From Escherichia phage Bp7, in the sequence record NC_019500.1: DNA of 64,000 nt; one strand, 5' to 3'. The notes under the pieces were generated by a model. The model saw only the letters and a program-made list of their open reading frames with translations. It did no database searches and was not told where the DNA came from. This document shows positions 1 to 9,035 of the stretch, one piece after another. Positions within the stretch are counted from its first letter, which is position 1; each line of letters starts with the position of its first letter. The position numbers and the translations under genes are program-made.

Positions 1-130
1 GAGATGGACAGTGGTATACTGTAAAGGTTGTGGTTAATATGTTTGCTGCCGAAGGTTATGTTAAATTGTCTACCAAAGTTTACCATGATAACGATTTTGA
101 TGCGGAAGATTATTTCAATAATATGAAATA
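1..130 (+). CDS. hypothetical protein, 3-prime end only (partial)
   Basis: Open frame entering the window, stop TAA at 128-130. Confidence 0.3.
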
Positions 131-133
131 ATT

Positions 134-163
134 GTTTACATGGGCTCATGATTAAGATATTAT
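134..163 (+). promoter_or_regulatory. early sigma70-type promoter
   Basis: GTTTAC at 134-139, ~18 nt spacer, TATTAT; inverted repeat GGCTCAT/ATGAGCC flanks the -10. Confidence 0.4.
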
Positions 164-188
164 GAGCCTATAATTTGAGGAGAACATA

Positions 189-587
189 ATGAATATCGAA
201 GATAAAGAAATGCAAGAGTTGTATAATTCATTAACACCTGAACAACAAAAATATGCCAAAGAATTAGAGAAAGCTCTTACTTTCAACTTGGCAAAAACTG
301 ATTGGGCTGCCATGTATGAAGAAAAAACTAGATTAGAACTTGAAGCTGTCGAAAGAAATGAATGGATTGTCGAAACCAAGATTTCTGATGGTGGTTGCTC
401 TGTTGAGGTGTCAGCTGTAGTTAAAGGTACCCATGGCGAAAAATCATGGGGCTGGCATAATGAAGCAAACAAATGTATTGTTCTCTCAACGTCAAAAACT
501 TATGGGCAAAGGGCTCCTGTATCCAAAGCTATTATTAAGCAAGCTCAATGGGAAGCCAATGAAATTTGCCTCGCAAAAATGAAATAA
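189..587 (+). CDS. hypothetical protein (132 aa)
   Basis: ORF with GAGGAG RBS upstream of ATG. Confidence 0.6.
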   Translation: MNIEDKEMQELYNSLTPEQQKYAKELEKALTFNLAKTDWAAMYEEKTRLELEAVERNEWIVETKISDGGCSVEVSAVVKGTHGEKSWGWHNEANKCIVLSTSKTYGQRAPVSKAIIKQAQWEANEICLAKMK

Positions 588-591
588 AAAT

Positions 592-621
592 GTTTACAAC
601 CCTCAGAGGACAGGGTATAAT
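592..621 (+). promoter_or_regulatory. early sigma70-type promoter
   Basis: GTTTAC 592-597, TATAAT 616-621; inverted repeat GAGGACA/TGTCCTC flanks the -10. Confidence 0.4.
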
Positions 622-664
622 GTCCTCATGGATTACAAAACGTTAACCAACTGAAGGAAATACT

Positions 665-1258
665 ATGAACACTTTAAAGAAACTCGTTGAATTCATTCGT
701 TCTAAACTGGGCACCGCGATGACTCAGAACCTGTCAATCGAAGACCAATACACCAAAGCGGCTTCTACTCTGATTGATAAAATCACTGAACTCCAGACTG
801 CTCATGTTAAGTCCGTGAATGAAGAAAAACGTATTCGTGAACTCGCTAACGAAAAGGACCAACTGGCTAGTTCTAAAGAACGTGAAATTCGTAAACTGAT
901 TAAAGAAGGTGCCGATGTTCAGGTGCATGCTAAACTTGGCCTCCTTTATCGTCGTACGGCTACTCAACTTCGTAAGAAAGCTGATGATTATGTTGAAATG
1001 CGTAATGAAATTAAGCTTAAGGTCAAGGAACTTGATGACTCTCGTCAGGAACTAGCCGTTAAGCTCGAGTATATCCGTGAAACTCGTAATATGGCTGCCC
1101 TTGGTATTGCTACTGCTGACGATGTTGTTGAAATCGCTGCACTGACTAAGATTGATATTGAAGACACCCTGATGCGTGTAGAAACGTTTAAAGGCCCACA
1201 AGTTGGAATGGATACGACTTCTGCCGATATCGAAGACTACATTAATTCACTTAAGTAA
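665..1258 (+). CDS. hypothetical coiled-coil protein (197 aa)
   Basis: ORF with RBS; charged K/E-rich sequence typical of coiled coils. Confidence 0.6.
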   Translation: MNTLKKLVEFIRSKLGTAMTQNLSIEDQYTKAASTLIDKITELQTAHVKSVNEEKRIRELANEKDQLASSKEREIRKLIKEGADVQVHAKLGLLYRRTATQLRKKADDYVEMRNEIKLKVKELDDSRQELAVKLEYIRETRNMAALGIATADDVVEIAALTKIDIEDTLMRVETFKGPQVGMDTTSADIEDYINSLK

Positions 1259-1265
1259 TGTTACC

Positions 1266-1288
1266 GGGAGACTTCGGTCTCCCTATTT
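1266..1288 (+). terminator. stem-loop terminator candidate
   Basis: GGGAGAC-TTCG-GTCTCCC followed by a short T-rich tract. Confidence 0.5.
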
Positions 1289-1306
1289 GGAGGAGAGGAG
1301 AATATT

Positions 1307-1843
1307 ATGAGTTTATATGATAACCTTATATCAAATATTGATTGGTTTAAAAACAGTGGTCTTTCCCATGAAACCAATTCAGTTCTTTATAGAATTCGCC
1401 AAGACCTAGGCTATTCAAACGATTTCTTAAGCAGAACATCTAGCCGTGGCTATACTACCAAATTACCTTTTATTTTTGCTTTAGCCGAGGACCTTTCTTT
1501 TGCGGAAGCTTTAGAAATTATTGACGTAAATCTGGGTATTCAACGGGTGGAGTTCGCTGGGCTACGCTATTCGGTATACTCTTTAAATGAACCGAGCGAT
1601 TATAAACAGCTTACTAATGCCGACGATGATTATCATTTAGTATGCTATTTGATGTTAGAAAATGGTGACCATTTTGGTATGGTCGACCGCCGCCCATCTT
1701 ACTCTGATATTAAAAATTACGATAAAGACGAGCTTATTATTTTAGCCAATGAGTATACATCAGAGATTCGAAAACAACAACGGAAGCTTAATCGTTTTAT
1801 TGCTGAATGCCGTGAATATGCTAAAGAGGTTCAAAATGTATAA
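1307..1843 (+). CDS. hypothetical protein (178 aa)
   Basis: ORF with strong GGAGGAGAGGAG RBS. Confidence 0.6.
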   Translation: MSLYDNLISNIDWFKNSGLSHETNSVLYRIRQDLGYSNDFLSRTSSRGYTTKLPFIFALAEDLSFAEALEIIDVNLGIQRVEFAGLRYSVYSLNEPSDYKQLTNADDDYHLVCYLMLENGDHFGMVDRRPSYSDIKNYDKDELIILANEYTSEIRKQQRKLNRFIAECREYAKEVQNV

Positions 1844-2186
1844 GCCTAGTAAAACCGACCCTGGTTACGCATTAGCAGATTATGATATCGCTATTTCTTT
1901 ATTCGCTGGACTTGTCACTGGTACGATTGCCGGATTTGTTGGACTAATTGCTGGTGGAGTCGTTAATGATACGACACAAAACCTATTTGAATTGAACCTT
2001 GCCTGGATTTGGGTTCCTGCTTTAATAGGGTATTTTATCCCATTGGTCTTTGATATTGCCCAAACCAATAAAATAAACAAGCCACGTAAAAAGAGATATG
2101 CTGTATCGATGGCTAATTATAATGAGTATGTAAAACAAACCAAACGTAATGACCTTGAAACCTTTATTAAGGAATGTAAATCATGA
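1836..2186 (+). CDS. small membrane protein (116 aa)
   Basis: ATG at 1836 overlaps upstream stop; two hydrophobic helices; C-terminal tail ...FIKECKS shared with ORF 6059-6646. Confidence 0.5.
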   Translation: MYKPSKTDPGYALADYDIAISLFAGLVTGTIAGFVGLIAGGVVNDTTQNLFELNLAWIWVPALIGYFIPLVFDIAQTNKINKPRKKRYAVSMANYNEYVKQTKRNDLETFIKECKS

Positions 2187-2473
2187 ATAAAATTGAAATC
2201 GAAATCCCAGAACACAACGACGAGAAATCTGCAGAAAAGGCTATCTATGCTCTTCTAAATAAAGTAGATACCATCGAACATGAATGTGAAGCTATTGCCG
2301 ATAAGTATGGTATCCAATTCGGTACTGGTGATTATGGTTCAGGCCGTACATATTATCCTGTCGGTTATGAATGCTCCCAGTGGTTTAAAGATGAAATTGA
2401 AAACAACGGTGGTGAAGTTGAAAATGGCGTCGTTACAGTTGGTGCTTGGATCTCCTCTTCGGCAATGTGCTAA
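2183..2473 (+). CDS. small protein, member 1 of a tandem paralog family (96 aa)
   Basis: Overlapping ATGA start; C-terminus WISSSAMC. Confidence 0.55.
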   Translation: MNKIEIEIPEHNDEKSAEKAIYALLNKVDTIEHECEAIADKYGIQFGTGDYGSGRTYYPVGYECSQWFKDEIENNGGEVENGVVTVGAWISSSAMC

Positions 2474-2482
2474 GGAAACGCT

Positions 2483-2764
2483 ATGATGAATGATAATCAT
2501 AACAACCCAGAGCTTCTGGCTGCAGTAAAAGAAATCCATGAAGCTATTCGTCGTGCTGAGGAAATTGCTGACAAATATGAGACTCATTTTAATATATACC
2601 CTGCTCGCGGTATGGGCGGTGACTATTATTCTCCTGGCGCCTTGAAAGCCGACCTTGCCCACTGGGAAGAATACGGTGGAGCCCAGTACGCTATTGTAAA
2701 CCAGCATGATTACACTACCAGCCTAGAAAATGGCGGTTGGGTGTCCTCTTCTTCTGAATGTTAA
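2483..2764 (+). CDS. small protein, paralog family member 2 (93 aa)
   Basis: C-terminus WVSSSSEC; similar internal ADKY/EEYGG motifs. Confidence 0.55.
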   Translation: MMNDNHNNPELLAAVKEIHEAIRRAEEIADKYETHFNIYPARGMGGDYYSPGALKADLAHWEEYGGAQYAIVNQHDYTTSLENGGWVSSSSEC

Positions 2765-2773
2765 GGAAATAAA

Positions 2774-2986
2774 ATGACTATTGATGAAATCGAAAAACAA
2801 ATCCGCGAATTGGTACGTAAAGGCCAGTCTGTGGCTGACGAAACAGGTGAAGAGTTCCATGTTTCTGGTCGTGGACAATATATTTCTCCAAAGAACCCGG
2901 AATATGATGATTACGAATGGGCCCGTGATGATTACGGTATCCCAGATGGTGAAGGTTTCTGGTTTACATCCTCTATGTCTTGCTAA
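2774..2986 (+). CDS. small protein, paralog family member 3 (70 aa)
   Basis: C-terminus WFTSSMSC. Confidence 0.55.
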   Translation: MTIDEIEKQIRELVRKGQSVADETGEEFHVSGRGQYISPKNPEYDDYEWARDDYGIPDGEGFWFTSSMSC

Positions 2987-2996
2987 GGTGATAAAA

Positions 2997-3221
2997 ATGT
3001 CTAATATTAATGAATTAGAAAAAGCTGCACTTGAACTGGCTGCACTGTATAAGAAAGTAAAAGATATGGCTTCTGCTCAAAGTTTTGGTGTTGAGCTCGA
3101 TGATTATGACGGTGAAGTTCGTCTCGAAGATTGGCTGAATAGCCCGTGTTATGGTGAAGAAGCTGGTCGCACCTTCGTTGCTCAGGCCGATGGTAAAATC
3201 TGGTATCCGAGCTCATGCTAA
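2997..3221 (+). CDS. small protein, paralog family member 4 (74 aa)
   Basis: ATG at 2997 after AAGGTGATAAAA; C-terminus WYPSSC. Confidence 0.5.
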   Translation: MSNINELEKAALELAALYKKVKDMASAQSFGVELDDYDGEVRLEDWLNSPCYGEEAGRTFVAQADGKIWYPSSC

Positions 3222-3442
3222 AATTAAAGAAAAGATACATTCGTAAAATAAATGGTCTTCGCGATTATGCCAAAGGTTGGCCGTTAAGTATTATTATGGC
3301 TGATAGACACCCGCGTTATAATACTGAGATGACTTATTACAAAAAGTACGATTCATATTGTCGGTCTAAAGCAGGTCGTTTAGATGGTTCTTATGAAGAC
3401 TATTTCGGTAAAAAACCTACTCGTATTTCGTTAGGAAAATAA
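3215..3442 (+). CDS. hypothetical protein (75 aa)
   Basis: ORF with ATG overlapping upstream stop. Confidence 0.35.
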   Translation: MLKLKKRYIRKINGLRDYAKGWPLSIIMADRHPRYNTEMTYYKKYDSYCRSKAGRLDGSYEDYFGKKPTRISLGK

Positions 3443-3472
3443 TTTAACCGCATGGATGTGGTAGGAGGACTT

Positions 3473-3802
3473 ATGCATAAAGATTCAGTATTCAAATATC
3501 TTTTGAAAACAGATAAAGAATTCTATATGAATGGGCAAGCTTTCTTGTTCGTTCGCGGTAAACGTGAGATGTTTTACAAATGCGACCTCTCAATGCACCA
3601 TCATATGTATCACACCCATGGTGAGCCTATACTGGGATTCTCTGGCGACGAGACTAAACGTATAGCTATGTACTACGACCATTTTAAGCTCAATGATTGT
3701 GGTGACAACGCTTTGGTCTGGAACCCATCTTGGCGTCGTTGGGATACAGTAGACAACGATAAATTATTTTTAGAATATTGCAGAAGTGATGTACAACTCT
3801 AA
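3473..3802 (+). CDS. hypothetical protein (109 aa)
   Basis: ATG at 3473 preceded by AGGAGG RBS, in frame with track ORF 3452-3802. Confidence 0.5.
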   Translation: MHKDSVFKYLLKTDKEFYMNGQAFLFVRGKREMFYKCDLSMHHHMYHTHGEPILGFSGDETKRIAMYYDHFKLNDCGDNALVWNPSWRRWDTVDNDKLFLEYCRSDVQL

Positions 3803-3845
3803 AAATACGTGTTACTATTACCTTACACAAACATGAGGAGTACAT

Positions 3846-4085
3846 ATGTGGTATTACGCCCCGATGTCCGATAAGTCTAATGAACCGGTACGCATTACTC
3901 GTGCCAAGTTTAAAAAGATTTATGGCTTTGCCTATAAGAAGTCTGATTACGGTGTTCGTTTTGAAGATGCTCACTGTATCAATGACCCTTATGCTGAAGA
4001 AATCTCTAATGAGATAATTCCTATCATTAAGAATAATTCTGATGATATGTGGGAATTGCATAACGATTACGTCGCTGAAATTTAA
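3846..4085 (+). CDS. hypothetical protein (79 aa)
   Basis: ORF with GAGGAG RBS. Confidence 0.5.
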   Translation: MWYYAPMSDKSNEPVRITRAKFKKIYGFAYKKSDYGVRFEDAHCINDPYAEEISNEIIPIIKNNSDDMWELHNDYVAEI

Positions 4086-4104
4086 GTTTACTGAGGAAAA
4101 TATT

Positions 4105-5064
4105 ATGATGTTAGTTATTGGTTCTCGTGCACTGCACCACGCTGGTCTGATTGAAAGTAAGCATATCGAAAATTCTGATTGGGATTTCATTGCCGACCAA
4201 GGCTCATGGAATCACTTTAAAGCTCGGATGTTTGGTGCCCATGTTCCTGTGGATAACCCTGATGTCCAGGCTTTTAAATGCATGTACAACGGTAAAGAAA
4301 CCTATTTTGAAGCATATATCGTTCGTGCTCTGACTAACGTACGAGAAATCACCGGTGAGCTCCAAGATGAAGATTTCACCTCAAGTTATCGTCTCCTGAA
4401 ATATGCTGAAAATCATATTAAAAAGGATCGTCTTACAGGTTTCTATTGGGCTACGCCTGATATCTGTCTTGCTATCAAAACCTCTCATCGTTTCCTGAAG
4501 AATAATCCTTTCTTCCTGAAAACTATGTCCCACATCAAATACCTTCGTAATAAAGGTATCACCCTGAACGAAGAACTCCAGGAAATTATGCTGCAACGTC
4601 AAAAAGAAACGTTGAGCTACAAGCACCCTAAATTGGATGTAAACAAATCATCGTTCTTTAATGATACCATTTATACCCTAGACCACGACTCTATCCATGA
4701 AGCAGTGGCATTGGCAGGGCGCCCTGCATATACCTTTTATATGAAGGAAGGTTCTGAAGTCATGACCTCTCGTGAGAAGTTCGAGGCTTTGCCTGAAGCT
4801 ATTAAACTGGCTGGTGTGTATGAAGAAACTTGTGTCCTGGCACTAGAACGTTCACAGGTTCCTAATGACTTCAATATTTCACCATCATTAAGTTTCTATA
4901 TGGCCCTTGAGAAAGTGTGCACCTCAATCACTTCAGGTTGGTTCCGCACTTATGCATGGGAAAACTACCAAGCTGTGGTTAATATGTACAAGACTTTAGG
5001 TGAAAACGACTACATTGAACGGTTTAAGCGTAACCAACATTTAATTCGTCCTTTCGAAAAATAA
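4105..5064 (+). CDS. hypothetical protein (319 aa)
   Basis: ATG at 4105 preceded by TGAGGAAAATATT RBS module; track ORF 4042 start rejected. Confidence 0.6.
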   Translation: MMLVIGSRALHHAGLIESKHIENSDWDFIADQGSWNHFKARMFGAHVPVDNPDVQAFKCMYNGKETYFEAYIVRALTNVREITGELQDEDFTSSYRLLKYAENHIKKDRLTGFYWATPDICLAIKTSHRFLKNNPFFLKTMSHIKYLRNKGITLNEELQEIMLQRQKETLSYKHPKLDVNKSSFFNDTIYTLDHDSIHEAVALAGRPAYTFYMKEGSEVMTSREKFEALPEAIKLAGVYEETCVLALERSQVPNDFNISPSLSFYMALEKVCTSITSGWFRTYAWENYQAVVNMYKTLGENDYIERFKRNQHLIRPFEK

Positions 5065-5142
5065 TTGCACAAAACAGTGTACAAGGTCTATAGGTGTGAT
5101 ACTATAGACCTATCAAAACAACAGAGTGAAATGGAGAATAAA

Positions 5143-5355
5143 ATGAAACTTTCTAACCAAGCAATCAACATGTTAAACGAAGTTCGTGCAGCTGGTGCTA
5201 AATGCCTGATGGTTAACACTCGTGACGGTGACCTTCGTCAAGCATTTGGTGAATTGAAATCTGCTGACCTGGTTAAATGTTCAGTTGGTATTGGTAACGC
5301 ACTTCGTGTATCCTTATCCCCTAAAGGTAAAATGTACTTTTTCAACAAAAAGTAA
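5143..5355 (+). CDS. hypothetical protein (70 aa)
   Basis: ATG after GGAG; downstream of a promoter-like element at 5068-5110. Confidence 0.45.
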   Translation: MKLSNQAINMLNEVRAAGAKCLMVNTRDGDLRQAFGELKSADLVKCSVGIGNALRVSLSPKGKMYFFNKK

Positions 5356-5369
5356 GTGAGGAAAATATT

Positions 5370-6059
5370 ATGAACGGTCCAAAAATTTTTAATTCTAAAG
5401 CTCGTGCAGTAGGTGGTTTTGCTCAAGATATCAGTAATGATATGATTAAAAATGAGCCTATGTTCTTTAATTGCGATGCTTATTTTGCTCATAAACATGG
5501 CGGTCCTATTACTCGTAGCTTTATTGAAAACCTGCCTGAAGATTGGCAATGTGGCCCTGATATTGTATTTGATTCCCGTGTACACATGTTAATGCCCGGC
5601 TGGTACCCTGCAATTCCAGGCTTCCACCATGATGATGTACCACGCCCGGATATTCCGGTGGGTCAACACTTTATTACCGCAGGGCAACCTGATTATGATA
5701 ATCCTCGATACCATTCTGAACATATTCTTGGTCTTGTTAACGCTGATGTGTGTCCTACTCATTTTGCAACCGGAACTGCACAGTTCAGTCAGATTCCTGA
5801 AGGCGAACTTATCTATCGCCAGTGGCATAAAGAAGTTCTGGAAAAAATTGAGTCCAATGAATTAACCAAGTGGGATGCTCCTGACCGCACGTTGCTCCAG
5901 TTTGATTGGCAGACATGGCATACAGGTTCTCGTGCAGTAAGTAATGGGTGGCGCTGGTTTGGTCGGGTGTCTCGTAATACAGACCGTGTTAAAAAGATTA
6001 CAAATGAAATCCGCGTTAATGCTCAAGTATATCTGGAATTCCCTATGGAGGGCTGGTAA
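5370..6059 (+). CDS. hypothetical protein (229 aa), His-rich
   Basis: ORF with GTGAGGAAAATATT RBS; no confident family assignment. Confidence 0.6.
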   Translation: MNGPKIFNSKARAVGGFAQDISNDMIKNEPMFFNCDAYFAHKHGGPITRSFIENLPEDWQCGPDIVFDSRVHMLMPGWYPAIPGFHHDDVPRPDIPVGQHFITAGQPDYDNPRYHSEHILGLVNADVCPTHFATGTAQFSQIPEGELIYRQWHKEVLEKIESNELTKWDAPDRTLLQFDWQTWHTGSRAVSNGWRWFGRVSRNTDRVKKITNEIRVNAQVYLEFPMEGW

Positions 6060-6646
6060 TGGCCCTTTATGAACCTGGTTGTATGGGTATTGATACAAAC
6101 TTCATCCGTCGGTCGGAAAATGCTGGAATTATTATCCCAAGTGGTGAGAATATGATTATTAAAAAGTCCTGGCGAAATATCGATGACTGTGATGAAGGAA
6201 TTTCAGCCAGTACAATAGATTGGTCAGGTTGTACTGCCGAAATGAAACAGCTTTTAATTGAGGAATATAAAATGGGCTATATTGTAAACGGCTGGCAAGC
6301 GGAACCACATAAAGAACAGACTCCAGACCCATTGATTTGTTATAGCAAAAAATACGGCTTCCGTGCCTGGAGTGATGAATACGACAAATTGGTGGGTTCT
6401 AGATTCTATGTTTGGATGGGTATATTATTTTTCCCACTCCTAGGGTTTTTCCTGACAACAGATAATGACCTGCCTATTTGTGTATTCGCTTCAGCGATGT
6501 CTGCTGCTATCTTAGGTCTTATCGCATCATTTTTATGGACCTCTGTTATCGAAGTACCTTTTCGTATTTCTAAAGTTAAAAAGGTATATGACGATATCAC
6601 TAAGAAAAATACATTAAACTCTTTTATTAAGGAATGCCGTAAATGA
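6059..6646 (+). CDS. membrane protein (195 aa)
   Basis: Hydrophobic segments; C-terminal tail ...FIKECRK paralogous to ORF 1836-2186. Confidence 0.55.
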   Translation: MALYEPGCMGIDTNFIRRSENAGIIIPSGENMIIKKSWRNIDDCDEGISASTIDWSGCTAEMKQLLIEEYKMGYIVNGWQAEPHKEQTPDPLICYSKKYGFRAWSDEYDKLVGSRFYVWMGILFFPLLGFFLTTDNDLPICVFASAMSAAILGLIASFLWTSVIEVPFRISKVKKVYDDITKKNTLNSFIKECRK

Positions 6647-6879
6647 GTATTGCAATTTATATTAAATCCGAGTCATGTGATTCTTATCTGTATTCCTATG
6701 ACACCGGAACATCAGAAGAGAAAATTAAAGAAGACTTAGAAAGCGATATGGATATGTTCTGTCCTATTGGTGACTATATGCTTCAAGTGTCTGATAGTGA
6801 AAGTCCATCATCAGAAAATAGACTTCAAATTATTATGCAAGATATTTTTAAACAATCATGGGAACGAGACGATGAGTAA
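6643..6879 (+). CDS. hypothetical acidic protein (78 aa)
   Basis: ORF with overlapping start. Confidence 0.5.
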   Translation: MSIAIYIKSESCDSYLYSYDTGTSEEKIKEDLESDMDMFCPIGDYMLQVSDSESPSSENRLQIIMQDIFKQSWERDDE

Positions 6880-7321
6880 GAAAGCTAAGGAATTATCGGC
6901 AGGTATTTTGTTCATGACCGTTGATAAAGAACTAGTTATGGGTCGTGTAACAGGCTCTCGTAATCCAGAGAACATGCGTCATAAATGGGACATTCCTAAA
7001 GGTCATGTCGAACCAGGCGAAGAGCCTATTCAAGCGGCAATGCGCGAAACCGAAGAAGAGATTGGATTCACAGCATACGATCCTGCGTTCCTGAAAGACC
7101 TAGGTGAGTTCAAATATTCAAGCAATAAGAATCTACATCTGTTCTTATATACAGTGCCTGTGGAACACGAGCAGTTCAAGGATTGCAAATGTACAGCTTA
7201 CCATACGTTCCCTGATGGTCGTACTATTCCTGAATTCGATGCTTTTGCCTTGATTAAACGACCTCAATGGGAATATGTCATGGGCCCGTCGATGTTTAAG
7301 GTTTTAGATTCGCTCTTTTGA
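6872..7321 (+). CDS. nudE: Nudix hydrolase
   Basis: Nudix box GHVEPGEEPIQAAMRETEEEIG; sits immediately upstream of lysozyme as in T4. Confidence 0.75.
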   Translation: MSKKAKELSAGILFMTVDKELVMGRVTGSRNPENMRHKWDIPKGHVEPGEEPIQAAMRETEEEIGFTAYDPAFLKDLGEFKYSSNKNLHLFLYTVPVEHEQFKDCKCTAYHTFPDGRTIPEFDAFALIKRPQWEYVMGPSMFKVLDSLF

Positions 7322-7347
7322 TATAAATACCTCCTATACTCAGGAGG
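7322..7347 (+). promoter_or_regulatory. late promoter TATAAATA plus RBS-sequestering hairpin for gene e
   Basis: TATAAATA at 7322-7329; CCTCCT (7330-7335) pairs with the SD AGGAGG (7342-7347). Confidence 0.6.
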
Positions 7348-7351
7348 TATT

Positions 7352-7840
7352 ATGGATATTTTTGATATGTTACGTCAAGACGAAGGTCTTGATTTAAATC
7401 TTTATAAAGACACTGAAGGTTATTGGACTATTGGTATTGGCCAGTTAGTTACCAAGAACCCATCTAAAGATGTTGCTCGTGCTGAACTTGATAAGCTTAT
7501 GGGTCGAGTTTGCAATGGTCGTATTACTATGGCTGAAGCCGAACAACTCTTTAACCGGTCGGTTGAAAATGCTCGTAGAGCTATTCTGCGTAATCCTAAA
7601 TTGAAACCTGTTTATGATGTACTGGACGAAGTTCGTCGTTGTGCTTTAATTAACATGGTCTTCCAAATGGGTGAAGCAGGTGTAGCAGGGTTCACTAACT
7701 CTTTACGTATGCTCCAACAGAAACGTTGGAATGATGCGGCAGTTAACCTGGCCCAATCCCGTTGGTATAAACAAACTCCTAATCGTGCTAAGCGCGTTAT
7801 CGCCACCTTTAAAACAGGTACTTGGGCTGCTTATAGATAA
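7352..7840 (+). CDS. e: endolysin, T4 lysozyme family
   Basis: 162 aa; strong similarity to T4 lysozyme ([45 protein letters not shown]). Confidence 0.95.
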   Translation: MDIFDMLRQDEGLDLNLYKDTEGYWTIGIGQLVTKNPSKDVARAELDKLMGRVCNGRITMAEAEQLFNRSVENARRAILRNPKLKPVYDVLDEVRRCALINMVFQMGEAGVAGFTNSLRMLQQKRWNDAAVNLAQSRWYKQTPNRAKRVIATFKTGTWAAYR

Positions 7841-7845
7841 AAGCA

Positions 7846-7874
7846 GTTTACATCTCCTGCAGTCATGATACTAT
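7846..7874 (+). promoter_or_regulatory. early promoter (PeSL-type)
   Basis: GTTTAC, 17 nt spacer, TACTAT, then conserved box GATACTATAGACCTATCAACT; CTCCTGCAG/CTACAGGAG inverted repeat. Confidence 0.5.
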
Positions 7875-7901
7875 AGACCTATCAACTACAGGAGATTAAA
7901 A

Positions 7902-8345
7902 ATGACTCGTATCAACCTTACCTTAGTATCTGAATTGGCTGACCAACACTTAATGGCTGAATATCGCGAATTACCACGTGTTTTCGGTGCAGTTCGTAAG
8001 CATGTTGCTAATGGTAAACGTGTTCGTGATTTTAAAATTAGCTCTACTTTTATCCTCGGTACGGGCCATGTTACGTTCTTTTACGATAAGCTCGAGTTCT
8101 TACGTAAACGCCAAATCGAGCTTATAGCCGAATGTTTAAAACGTGGTTTTAATATCAAGGATACTACGGTCCAGGACATTAGTGACATTCCTCAGGAATT
8201 CCGTGGTGATTACATTCCTCAGGAATTCCGTGGTGATTACATTCCTCACGAAGCTTCTATCGCCATTTCACAGGCCCGTTTGGACGAAAAAATTGCACAA
8301 CGCCCTACCTGGTACAAACATTACGGTAAGGCGATTTATGCATAA
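7902..8345 (+). CDS. denV: endonuclease V, pyrimidine-dimer DNA glycosylase
   Basis: Near-identical to recalled T4 EndoV ([29 protein letters not shown]...) but 147 aa because of a 9-aa internal duplication. Confidence 0.9.
   Translation: MTRINLTLVSELADQHLMAEYRELPRVFGAVRKHVANGKRVRDFKISSTFILGTGHVTFFYDKLEFLRKRQIELIAECLKRGFNIKDTTVQDISDIPQEFRGDYIPQEFRGDYIPHEASIAISQARLDEKIAQRPTWYKHYGKAIYA
8187..8248 (+). repeat. perfect 27-bp in-frame tandem duplication inside denV
   Basis: ATTCCTCAGGAATTCCGTGGTGATTAC at 8187-8213 and 8214-8240, then partial third copy; encodes IPQEFRGDY twice. Confidence 0.9.
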
Positions 8346-8384
8346 GGGAGCAACCTGGACCTCACAATTCTGTGAGGGACTCCC
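8346..8384 (+). other. nested stem-loop element downstream of denV
   Basis: GGGAG...CCTCACA-ATTC-TGTGAGG..CTCCC; no U-tract follows. Confidence 0.35.
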
Positions 8385-8447
8385 GCCAACCTGTAATAAG
8401 GTCGAGCCCAAGTGCGGTAATGGGTAAATGCAGAAAGGGATTAATTA

Positions 8448-9035
8448 ATGTGCCAAGGAATGGCCCCACAACTTAAAAAAGAGCCAATTATGAAAACGTT
8501 TTTAACCGGTAGTTATCTATCCCTGATGAATGCTTTTGCAAACCATTCTGATGCTAGAGTAGAACACATTTGTAATAGTGGGTTTTATGTACCTGATTCA
8601 CAAACCCTGTTTAAAGAATGCTGCACCCTAAAACTTGATGGTGGACGCCAATCTGGTAAAACAAGGGCAGTATCCATTTTTGCGTCTGATTGGCTCGCAG
8701 GTGGCGGGACCGTAATTATTTTGTCTAATTGCGCCGCGTATGCTAATGTTTCGGCTGCTGCAATCCGAAAGGAATATTTTAATAACCATACAGAAAGTAT
8801 TAAGTATCGTTTGTACACTGATTCTGTTCGTAGTTTTATTGGTAATACTGCATGCAAATTCCGTGGATTATCGCTTTCACGTGTTCTGTATATAATTGAC
8901 GAGCCTGTTAAAACACCTGATATGGATAAGATTTATGATGCTCATATAAAGGTGGTGCAACATTGTTGTCATGCATCATGTGAAGAAACCAATCAAACCG
9001 CACGTCCTCTGTTCTTTGTGATAGGAATGCAATGA
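8448..9035 (+). CDS. P-loop NTPase-like protein (195 aa)
   Basis: Walker A-like GGRQSGKT and Walker B-like LYIIDE; start codon uncertain. Confidence 0.5.
   Translation: MCQGMAPQLKKEPIMKTFLTGSYLSLMNAFANHSDARVEHICNSGFYVPDSQTLFKECCTLKLDGGRQSGKTRAVSIFASDWLAGGGTVIILSNCAAYANVSAAAIRKEYFNNHTESIKYRLYTDSVRSFIGNTACKFRGLSLSRVLYIIDEPVKTPDMDKIYDAHIKVVQHCCHASCEETNQTARPLFFVIGMQ

Noticed and set aside
152-472. Minus-strand ORFs from the six-frame track that overlap plus-strand genes (152-472, 734-967, 3690-4190, 29416-29889, 63163-63576 and similar)
   Set aside because: They lie antisense to well-supported genes, lack RBS context and have atypical composition; treated as spurious.
4042-4104. Start of the 340-aa track ORF at 4042
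   Set aside because: The internal ATG at 4105 is preceded by the typical TGAGGAAAATATT initiation module; the upstream part overlaps the preceding gene.
7841-7901. Internal protein genes ipIII/ipII between e and denV, as in T4
   Set aside because: Lysozyme and denV are separated only by a 61-bp promoter region.
8143-8427. 94-aa ORF in an alternative frame over the denV 3-prime end
   Set aside because: It is generated by the tandem repeat in another frame and overlaps the strongly supported denV frame.
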